Shown here in pieces: positions 1 through 10,127 of a DNA stretch of 64,000 nt. The stretch spans positions 11,966,001 through 12,030,000 of the forward strand of contig OU015569.1 of the NCBI GenBank assembly GCA_907165135.1, given 5' to 3'. The translations under genes were made by a program, and so were the position numbers. The notes beneath the pieces are model-generated. The model did not search any database. It was not told the origin of the DNA and saw only the letters and a program-made list of their open reading frames with translations. This stretch comes from Oikopleura dioica (taxonomy: Eukaryota; Animalia; Chordata). How positions within the stretch are numbered: the first letter of the stretch is position 1; each line of letters opens with the position of its first letter.

Positions 1-16
1 AAAGATCTATATTTAC

Positions 17-1224
17 CTGACTTGATTAATTTTCTCCCTCAATTCCATGTTTTCATTTTCCAAAAATCCCGTCCTCATCGTCGTCTGATTATCCCGAAGT
101 CTTCGAGACTCTCTCGATCGCTTCGCTGCGAGGTTGTTTTTCCGTCTCTTTCGAAAGAAGAATCGTTACGTTTGCGATAAGCGCTTATCAGCAACTTACC
201 CTTTCCCAGTAGAGTTCGTCTTTTTGGTGCGCCGGCACCGGTCGTTTCTTTCCTTTTGGCTTGATCAGCGGTTCTCCCGGCGATTTCTGAGCAGCGATTT
301 TCGGAGTCGGGGGGCCGTTTTCTTGAATCGCTTCTTGACCAGTCTGTCCTTGCTGGTTACTCTGCAGCTGGCTGCTTTGCTCAGATCCGCTCAAGCTCAC
401 CGGCGACGATTGCTGAAATGTGTTGTCTTTCATCACTCCCTGGATGTAGCTAGTTTGTGGTGCGATTTTTGCTCCATCGTTTTTCGCTGAAAATAAATTT
501 TGAATTCAAAGCGCGGCTTCTCGGTTTTAACTTGAGCACCTGTTTCGACGATGAGATTGTTTCCCGCTTGAATGACGTTTTTGACTTGATCTCTGATGAT
601 GAAGACGCGGACCTGGCCACTTCCAGTTGCCTAAAAACGAGTTAGTGCTTTTTCTTTCATTTTAAGGTGTTGCTTACATCTCCTGGTTGTTGAACTGTGA
701 TAATCGACTGCTGTCTGGACTGATCGTTGCCGTGTTGTCCGTCGTTTCCTGAAACAAATATCATCAGAAGACTTTCTTTGGCCTAGGTAAACAATGTCTA
801 CTAGACATCATGAACAGAATCTATTTGAGTCAATTTAATGAATTATATCAACAGAAATGTTGGTCGAAATGGGCATTTTATCAAAGTAAGAGAACATTTA
901 TTAAAATCTTTGTGAAAAAATATGATCGAAATTTGAAATTTTGGTCATTTGAGAAAGAAAATAAGGGGTTAATCATCCATTTGACTATACAAAATAAGGT
1001 ATCATTTTGCTAGTTTCCGGAAAAAGGAAAAAAAAGACTTTTGATTAATCCCACTTCATGATCATTGATCATCTTTGTTTATCTAAGTTTTTCTTACCAA
1101 GAAGCTCTCTCCTCAAGTTCTGGTCATTCATGCAGATTCCGATGTTCTGAGCATTGTTGATTCCGTTGTCGCTGAGGTGCGGGTGTCCTGGCTCATTAAA
1201 ATTCAAATAGTTATCTAAGTCCAT
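17..1224 (-). CDS. PAR-bZIP transcription factor (TEF/HLF/DBP-like), multi-exon, 3' end runs out of the window
   Basis: Spliced exons read [56 protein letters not shown], matching the PAR basic region and zipper start. ATG at 1224; GT-AG introns such as 749-1097. Confidence 0.85.
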
Positions 1225-1719
1225 CTTTTTGTTTCTCGTAAGAACACTGTTTTGGAAAGTGGGGAATACGTAATTCCGCTCTGGCGCGCTGCTGAAACTC
1301 GTCGAAAAGAAACTATTTGACTTTTTCTGTTTTACCAGGAGCTCGAGAGTCAGACACGCCCAGAAAGGAGCTCTTACATAACCCTCCTCTTTTTTTTCTT
1401 TTTCGCTTTTTGAAATCAAGGAAGAGGAAGGAGTCTCCTGACGTGAATTAGTGAACTCCGCGAAAATCAACGGGTCCAATTTTTACCGATTTCGGCATCG
1501 GGTTAACTTCTTTCGCCACTACGAGTTACAGTAATCAACTGAAGACTATTCTGTTTCGCGGTTATATAATTGTTACACAATCCAAACGATCAAGCCTTCA
1601 AGAGAGGTCAATTTGTAAAATGGGCAAAACTGAGAAAGAGCACGAGACTTTCTCCCCACACCTTATTTTTTACGAATAATGCATATTTAGCATGAAGTTC
1701 CATCTCACCCAAAAAAAAT

Positions 1720-1798
1720 AAGCCGCTTGCGGCTTCGAGATACAAATACGAATTAGCCAGGCATAGCGGCTAAAGTATCTCGAAGCCGCAAGCTGCTT
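1720..1798. repeat. Short hairpin/MITE-like inverted repeat; a related copy lies at ~4542-4605 in an ABCB9 intron
   Basis: aagccgcttgcggcttcgagatac ... gtatctcgaagccgcaagctgctt; the same core ctcgaagccgcaagcggctt occurs at ~4583-4602. Confidence 0.65.
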
Positions 1799-2562
1799 TC
1801 CATTATGTTCAAGTTCGATTTTTACCCAAAAAATGTCCTAGAGAAAAAAATCCAAAAAGGAACGCTAGAATCTGTAATTTGCGGCACCCTTCCTTGACTG
1901 TATGAGAACGACTTCTTGCGCTTTCACAATTTGCTGCCCGTTGTTGTTGTGCGCCATTTACTGCGTATTATTGTGACTGTAACTTTACAGCTTCACCGAT
2001 TTCTAACTGAACAGAAACTCTATTTTTTCTATTTCTGCTATTTCAATTTTAGCAAATTTCAAGAAATCGGTTCTTTCGATAACTTTTTTATTCACAGAGA
2101 GAAAAAAAGGGATTATCTGATAGATTTTCTGAGGTCTAGGATTTTGATATTTCTAAATTGAAAATAGGTAAACACTAGGTGAAGTAAAGAGCATCGGATA
2201 TGTGACAGTGAATCAAAAAAGAAACAATAAGATTAAAATTATAATCATTCGGAAAAAGGGAAAAGCGTATTATCTGTGTGTAACTGAAGTGAACATCGAA
2301 TTTTAAAAAGATACAGACATTAGTATTATCTCACAATGAGCAAGAAAAGGTGAATCAGAAAACGAGCCAGTTTTTTTTTCTACACTGCTTTCTTGAAATA
2401 GCGACCTTTTTCGTCCAGCCGATCAGCTAGCTGGATGGAAAAAGACGCTATCAGAAGAACGGATTGTAGAATTTCGTGATTGCGGCTTCAAGTGTAAATT
2501 TAAGTAAACATGTTTTTTTTCGTGAAATTGAAATTTTAAATAGACTAATTGTAGAAATGAGT

Positions 2563-5500
2563 TCAAGCTGAAGTGCCGGGACTAATGTCATAGTCCTTTT
2601 GGCTGCTAGAATTGGTCACTACTCGCTTGTAAACAACTTTTTCTTTGATCAGGGTCTTCTGCGGCGAGTTTTGACCACTTTCAGCGAGCTGGGCAGCGAC
2701 CAGCTTTGCGTAGTGGTTATTTTTCGTCATTAGTTCGTCGTGATTTCCAGTCTCCACGACGTTTCCTAAAGAGCGTTAATCAAGCTATTGACCAACTTTT
2801 TGCCAATCCTAGCTTGTAAAAACAGCGGCACAGGGAAGGGGAAGTACACCTTTCATTTTGACCTCTAATCACTCTGACCCAGGTCTTATGTGACTCTTTT
2901 TGGAGGCCAAAAACAGGGGTGCACTTCCCTCTCTTGACACATTACTTTTTAGCTTTCCTCTGGTTATCTTTACCTTGATTGATAACGACAATTTGGTCGG
3001 CGTTTTTAACCGTAGATAGTCGATGCGCGATGAGAATGATGGTCATGTTGGCCTCTTGCTGAATTCTGTCGAGCGCAGCTTGGACGATCTTCTCAGAAGC
3101 AGCATCGAGCGCGGAAGTGGCTTCGTCGAGGATCAGAACGCACGGCTTGCGGACGAGACTTCGAGCGATCGCAATTCGCTGCTTTTGGCCACCTGACAAT
3201 TGCTGTCCTTTTTCGCCACACTAGAAAATGAGACAATTGAAAGATGGCTTTTCGGCTTATCTACCTGTGTGTCGAACTTGTCCGCCATGTTCAAAATGAA
3301 CTCGTGAGCAGAGGCCATTTTCGTCGCGTTCTCGATTGCCTCGTCGACGTCGTCCACTTCAAACGGCCCGTAAAGAATGTTCTTTTGAATGCTTCGCGCG
3401 AAGAGGACCGGTTCTTGCTGGACAACAGTTACCAAACGGTGGAGACTAGAAAGAAAAATCATTTCCAGCTGAAGAAGTTGCGCAGAACTGACCTTTCGTG
3501 AGTGTATTTTCTGACATCAACTCCGTCGAGCAAAATGTCCCCGTCATTTCGTTCGTACAATCTGGTGATGAGCGAGACGATCGAGCTCTTCCCGCCACCG
3601 GAGGCACCAACAAGCGCAGTGACCTTTCCTTGCGGCGCGGTAAACGACAGTCCTTGCAGAACCGGCTGTTTCGGTCGAGTTGGATAGTTGAACTTGACGT
3701 TTCTGAACTCGATCTTTCCCTCGATCTTGGCAGGAGCGTGCTCGCCCTCGGACAAGTCGATTGCCGCCTGACGATCCATCAGTTGGAAAACGCGTTCTGC
3801 AGAGCCAACTGCTTCCATCAAGCCTGTGTACACGGCACCAATCGAGCCGATCGCATTTCCCAAACTCAACTACAGAATTCATTTTCAAAGTGCAAGAGGA
3901 ATTTTAAACCAACCTGGTAAAGAACGAATGGAATGAGCGTGTCCCCACTGATTCTATCTTCAAGGATGAGATGTCCGCCATACCAAAGTGTCGCTGCCGC
4001 GAGACCGTTTGAAATGAGGATGTTGCCGGACATGTATCCGCCCATGTACCACGCTTTCGTACGCATCCAAGTATACACCAGCTGACACTTTTCTTCGTAG
4101 ACGTCGGACTCGCCGCTTTCGTTGGCGAACGAGCGCACAGTTCTATCAAAAGAAGTGAAAATGGACGAGTAAGTGTCAATACCGAATGTTTCCAAAAGCT
4201 TCCTCTGCTGCAGATCCAGCATCAGCCAAAGTATCCTGGATCTTCTCCTGGAGCACTCGCCACATGTGGCCGTAATAGCGGCCGAGGATGAAACCAAAAG
4301 GAAGCCCAATCACGGTCAAAAGCGACAACTCCCAGCTGAGCTTGACCATCAAGACGATGGAGCCGACAATCGTCACCATCGAGCGCAAGAAGATGTTGAT
4401 ATTGAGCGAGAGTGTGTCCACCATCTTCGAGCAATCGGCAGAGAAGCGATTCGTTATGTCGCCAGTTCGGACGGAGTCGAAAAATGATGTTTCTGAAATG
4501 GAAGAATTTGTAAAATAGGACTGACATAAAGGGCAAAATCAAGAAGCCGATTTCGCGCTTCCCATGGCTTTTGTTTGAATAGCTCGAAGCCGCAAGCGGC
4601 TTCTCGACCCGTCAAAGACCAACCTTGTTTAATGACTTGTCTAAACAGCTTCGTCCTGAGCCGGAGCGTCATTCTGGCCATGACGAGCGTGAACAAGCCG
4701 GATCTGCAGCCAGTAGCGACGCCGGTGGAAATCGTCACCAAAATGATGATAAAGATGTTGCGCTTGAAGCTCTCGACGTCTTGATTGACGACGATGTCGT
4801 TGATGATCTTGCCGATGAACCAGGGATTGAAGAGATCGGAGCCGGCGGCGATGAAGAGCGCGACGAAGGCAAGGACTATCACGTGCAGATCTGGGCAGGC
4901 TTCGGAGAGGAGACGGCCGATCGCTTCGCAGGCGCCGTATTTTCGCTTCCACACAAATTTCGCTGTTTTTCGCGTTTCAAAATTAGAATTATTCGAAGAA
5001 TAATTAGTAGACTGAATTAAGGATCGTAAAAGTATTGGATCGGTCTGAAATCTTGGAAAAAAGATAAATATTGGAGTTCCTCTAGGTTGATTAGCTCAGC
5101 TGCTCCTAGCGGGTCATGTATCCCGCCGTGAAAAGATGGTCTGGTACGCCCTCTTTCGGCCAATATCGTGATAAAAGCGTCCACTCATTAGTTTGTTGCT
5201 ATCAAAAATATCGGATTGAAAATGAACGAAGATTGTTGATGAGTGAACGCTCGAAGTTACTATTACACTTTCGAGTATACTATTTAAATGAAACTTATTT
5301 ATATTATCACGTTGATGTGCAAAGTGTTGTATTAAGTAAAAGGAGGAAATAAAATATCTACACAAGTAAAAGAGTTCTTCTATAAATTATTAAATTGAAA
5401 CGGTTCCTTTGAGTTCTCCCTCGTCTTCTCCCTCTGCAAGAAGTGGTTCCTGATCATTGTCGTTCGAATCCGTAGAAGATTCGTTCGGATCGCCGCTGAA

Positions 5501-5948
5501 CCAGGGAACAGTCATCGAAGCAAGAATCACGAAGAGATTGGTGTAAAAGCATCCACCACTGCTGTCGCGTCTCAAGACAGGGCGATCGCCAGGCAGAATC
5601 GTCGGACTCCGACAAAAGCAGGATTTTGATGAGAAAGTAGATCCCGAACGCGCCGAAAAGGGAGGAAAGGCCCATTCGATAGTGCTCCACGCTCGCGGAG
5701 GATTTCGATCGCCAAACGCCGACGACAATCCCGAAATTGACGAAACCAACGAAGAGGAGGCAGCAAGCGACGTCCGTCAAGTCGTAGTGAATGTCCCAAA
5801 CAAGGACGTGCTCGTCGTGGTCCTTGACGCGGCATTCGTCGAAGAAGCCAAAGCGCAGGAGCGAGAAAAGACCGACCACGAGCGAAACGAGGCCGAGAAA
5901 GCCATGGATCGATTTGGACTTTACGACTTGAGATTGAAAACAGAACAT
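2563..5948 (-). CDS. ABCB9: ABC subfamily B half transporter, ABCB9/TAP-like (TMD0 + TMD + NBD), multi-exon
   Basis: Walker [10 protein letters not shown]-loop VQQEPVLF, signature [12 protein letters not shown], Walker [12 protein letters not shown]-loop [11 protein letters not shown]-like TMD segments ([24 protein letters not shown]) and a hydrophobic N-terminal TMD0. One 1-nt frameshift at 5545-5548. Confidence 0.85.
2832..2932. mobile_element. MITE-like inverted repeat in the last ABCB9 intron
   Basis: ggggaagtacacc..ttttgacctct pairs imperfectly with ggaggccaaaa..ggtgcacttcccc. Confidence 0.5.
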
Positions 5949-6067
5949 GTCTAAAATTGCTGGGTATGAAGCTTTTGAAAGATTTTTTTAAATAAATAAA
6001 ATCAATCTTTTTTCAGTTGAGTTTTAAAATAATCAGTGAATGAAGAATCAACGCAGAATTCGCCGCT

Positions 6068-6129
6068 CTAGGCTCTGCACCCTGTGTACAAGACCTGACT
6101 CAGGTTTTTTACACAGGTTGCCCAGCCCA
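6068..6129. mobile_element. Short copy of the CTGGGCTC / CCTGTGT..CTGACTCAGG MITE family between LDAH and ABCB9
   Basis: ggctctgcaccctgtgt...cctgactcaggttttttacacaggttgcccagccc; same arms as the copies at 35.6, 36.9, 40.9, 42.1, 43.9 and 63.9 kb. Confidence 0.65.
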
Positions 6130-6130
6130 A

Positions 6131-7565
6131 TTAGCCGCTAGAATTCGCGGAAAAGGAATTGAAAAACAGAAATTGTGAGAATTGAAGTTGTGTAATTGAA
6201 GCTGTATTTTTGGAGGAGTCGGATTTTCGGACTTGTTCGTCTTTTTTTTTCATTTTAATTTTGGCGCTGTCGGAGCAAAAGGGCTTTTTCTCTTGTTGAC
6301 GAATGAGCAGGACGCATTTCTTGGCGACGTACTTGGCCTGGTCGTGGTTTTCGACGAAGGCGTGGGGAATCGTCTCCGGCAGCAGTTGCGGAATCTCTGG
6401 AAAGTCTCGCTTCATGTCCAAATAATACGACATGGGCACCCAATCGTCAGTCTGCGAGTACAAAAGCGAAGTCTGTCGCGCCACCGCTCCAATCGGTGAT
6501 CTGGCCGGCGCACCACTTGTTTCATTTCGTCGCAGGCCATCGTCGTGCAGCTCCAAATCGCGCGAACGAAACCAATAGTTCAAAATAAAAAGTTAAAAGT
6601 TTAAACCGGTCTGTTCCGGAATCTGGTCAAAAACGGCTTTCTCACAAGCTGATGGTATTTTTAATTTGATAGTGGAAATGAATTTTGAATGACCTAACAG
6701 AGCACATGTCGTCGACGATGACTTCGCTGATCAATTCTGGGCTGTTCGGTCGGGCTTTTTGATTGAAGACAGAATCAGGTGGCGGGGAAGAATTGAGAGG
6801 ATGAAGAAAAAGACTTGGACAAAGAACATGCTCCTGATTTTGGGCTATTTTGTGAGAGAAATCAAGGGAACATATCAAAAAGTAGAGTGGGCCTTTGTTC
6901 TCTCATACAAACAAGTGAGAACGTGCCCTTGTTCGTTCATTAGGCCACGTCACCTTACAGATACTGCAAATTAAATAGCCCTTGGATATAGCTATTGAAG
7001 TGGGGCGTCAGATCCTTGCCCCTAGGCGTGATGGCCATTCTTTCGATAGTTGGAGTAAGCCCAATCGCCAGAAGAGTATTCTCGTGAATGCAGTCCAGCA
7101 TCATTCTAGCGCCGATCGAGTGGCCCATCAAAATCAGCCGCGGATGTTCGTACAGGCCCAGTTTGTCGATGATATAGTGCTTCTGCTTCATCTGCGAGTG
7201 GAACATAAGTTTGGACTTGTCGATGTTGCTCTTTTCTTTTGGCACGCTAGAAACCATCCCAGCGTGGGAAAGAATGTGGATCTTCAAGAACGATTTATGA
7301 ATATTCGAAATTGAGAAATTACTTGAAAAAATGGATTTGAAATGTCATTTTATAATCTTGAAATCGTTTCCTCGCAGTGGCAAAGTTTGAAAATCTCTTC
7401 TGCAAAAACTGAATAAAATCTGGCGACTCCCGGATTTCCGGAAATTAAAACAATCGAGTACTTGGGCTCCTCCCTTTTGAGCGAAATGACTTGCGTCCAG
7501 ACTCCTTGGTACTGAATCCACTCTTCTTCGAACTCGTATTTCTTCTCTGGCTCCTGCGCTTCCAT
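6131..7565 (-). CDS. LDAH: Lipid droplet-associated hydrolase (alpha/beta hydrolase), multi-exon
   Basis: Motifs ISGNPGVARFY, ILSHAG, nucleophile GHSIG, PTIERM and C-terminal LYSQTDDWVP...KRDFP...IPHAF. One 1-nt frameshift at 6462-6465; exact stop uncertain. Confidence 0.85.
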
Positions 7566-7746
7566 TTTCTCTAATTACAGTAGTTTTCAGCGCGAAAGTC
7601 CCTCTCCAGAAAAAATACGCGAATTTGAAGAATCATAAGAATCACGCCGCGCCGCGCTGAAAATTGAAAAACGCGTGGGCGCGCGCCAAAAGCTCCAAAC
7701 TTCAATTGAAATCGCCCGCTTTCAGAAATTCTAACGAAATTCTAGC

Positions 7747-8825
7747 CAGGGTTTGAAATCTGACGAGCTCACGAGCACGTGAGCACGTGAGTGAGCTCGA
7801 TGAGCATGCTCACGCGTGCTCATGCTCACAGAATTCTGCGCCCTTCGTGCTCACGCGTGCTCATGCTCACCAATTATAGAGCACAGTCGTGCTCACGCGA
7901 GCTCATGCTCATGGATCTCTGGAAGGGCAAATTCTGTGCTCATGAGCACGTGAGCGCGTGCTCATAGCTCACATTTTGACGTGCTAACAGTCGTTTACGA
8001 CTCAAATTGGCAAATTTTATAAGCAGTTCTAACTTGGGGTTGCGCTGGCGGGATTTTTGGGCCGTCTCAGCCCCGTTCCTTGATTTCTTAATTTAAGGGG
8101 CTTGACGGCCCTTCGGGCCGTCTCAGCCCCGTTCCTTGATTTCTTAATTTAAGGGCTTGACGGCCCTTCGGGCCGTCTCAGCCCCGTTCCTTGATTTCTT
8201 AATTTAAGGGCTTGACGGCCCTTCGGGCCGTCTCAGCCCCGTTCCTTGATTTCTTAATTTAAGGGCTTGACGGCCCTTCGGGCCGTCTCAGCCCCGTTCC
8301 TTGATTTCTTAATTTAAGGGCTTGACGGCCCTTCGGGCCGTCTCAGCCCCGTTCCTTGATTTCTTAATTTAAGGGCCTTGACATTGGCTAGGACCTTTGA
8401 GGTGATCAATCTCAGTAACGTTCCCAACCCCACCCTCACCCATTGTTGTTAAACTTCAAATTATCCAAGATTTTAATTTTATTATGGTTTTTATTTAAAA
8501 TTTTGAAAATACTCTAGGCTTACTAGCAGCTCATAAGCAAGTGAGCATGAGCTGCTCATGAGCACGTGAGCATGAGCTGTTCATGAGCACGTGAGTGAGC
8601 TCAATGAGCATGCTCACGCGTGCTCATGCTCGCGAAAATTTTAGCACCCCCGTGCTCACGCGTGCTCATGCTCACGAAAATTTTAGCATCCCCTGCTCAC
8701 GCGTGCTCATGCTCACTGAAATTTGAGCATCCCCTGCTCACGCGTGCTCATGCTCACTGAATTTTGAGCACCCACGTGCTCACGCGTGCTCGTGCTCACG
8801 CAAAATTTTCAGATTTCAAACCCTG
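7747..8825. mobile_element. Non-autonomous hAT-like DNA transposon
   Basis: Perfect 17-bp TIR cagggtttgaaatctga / tcagatttcaaaccctg; 8-bp TSD ATTCTAGC at 7739-7746 and 8826-8833; subterminal gtgctcacgcgtgctcatgctcac repeats at both ends. Confidence 0.9.
8059..8382. repeat. 55-bp tandem repeat, about 6 copies, inside the hAT element
   Basis: Unit gggccgtctcagccccgttccttgatttcttaatttaagggcttgacggcccttc starts at 8059, 8115, 8170, 8225, 8280 and 8335. Confidence 0.95.
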
Positions 8826-8963
8826 ATTCTAGCGGAGGATAATATTTATGCCAAAAGCGTTGATAACTTTAATAATTGTATAGGAGCTAAGAAATTTATT
8901 TGAATAAAAAATTATTACAGTGTCATTTTGTCAATGTGGGAAAAGGCTTGGTCCGAGATATAA

Positions 8964-9539
8964 GATGAATGAAAATGGTATTCTCGGGACCAAATCATGA
9001 CCCCTTTCTTTCTAGTGCTTATCTGAAAGCCCATGATCTGAGGAGTTGAATGGTATGTTACTTAGGGTCTGAGTCATTGAAATGACGTCATTTTGCTCGA
9101 AATAAGGCTCTTATGGGGAGAACCTATGTAGTGCCATAACTTTTTATTGAACATATAAAAGTATAGTGATTTTGGGCTTATTCGTAAGAGGAACTTGAGA
9201 TCTAGGTCGGGAGGCATAAACCGCGTTAAACCGGCCGGTTTCAAAATTTTGACCACGTGGTTGACCGGGTGGTTGGCCGCGATTTTCCTCTCCCGACCTA
9301 GATCTCGAGCTGCTCTTTCGAATGAGCCTAAGATCAATATACTTTTATATGTTCAATAAAAGTTATGGCACTACATAGGTTTTCCCCATAAGAGCCTTAT
9401 TTCGAGCAAAATGACGTCATTTTCAATGACTCAGACCCTAAGTAACATACCATTCAACTCCTCAGATCATGGGCTTTCAGATAAGCACTAGAAAGAAAGG
9501 GGTCATGATTTGGTCCCGAGAATACCATTTTCATTCATC
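8964..9539. mobile_element. Foldback/MITE with ~210-bp TIRs and a 4-bp ATAA TSD
   Basis: gatgaatgaaaatggtattctcggg... is mirrored by ...cccgagaataccattttcattcatc. ATAA at 8960-8963 and 9540-9543; paralogous empty site at ~21109-21124. Confidence 0.9.
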
Positions 9540-10127
9540 ATAATGCTAAGAATTTTTATTGTATCAGTCGTTGCAAAATGAAAAGGGTACACGACGCTTT
9601 CAGCAAAGCGACGAATTCAGCAGGACATTCATTGTCGAGGAGCAGGGGCTGACTTGTTTTCATTTGATAGTTCTGCCAACCGACTGTTCTTTTCCACCAA
9701 ATCTTTCTTGAGGCTTTCTTGTTCCGCCATGTTGAGCGATCTTGGTCCGGGCTGCAAATCCGAGCGAGAGGAAGTTCCCAAACTTCGAATCAAATTGATG
9801 GCTGGGGGACAAAAGTCCAGCACCAACTCCTGGATTAGCTATAATTTTAAAGATGAATATTTCGATGGGCACTTGGTGCTCTATCGAAGGCGGTGGTTGG
9901 GACTACTGCTGCTACAGGACCGATCTCGGAGTCGACCACATCGATATGCCGATTTGGAACCTCTACGGTCTCAGAGGAACAAACGAGAATCTCACAGAGC
10001 TCAGACCGTTATTTGTAGAGCTTCTTGACTTTATCAAAAATTTCATCTTTTTTATCTCGAGCAACATCTCTTCTTCTCTCGGCACGTCATTTTCGCGTGC
10101 AAGAGAAGGTCGAACTAGAGAAAAACC

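Noticed and set aside
2388-2458. Hairpin after ABCB9 as a terminator
   Set aside because: Intrinsic terminators do not apply to eukaryotic Pol II genes; it is more likely a MITE remnant.
8059-8382. CRISPR-like array of palindromic repeats
   Set aside because: The units are identical with no unique spacers, there are no cas genes, the context is eukaryotic, and the array lies inside a TIR/TSD element.
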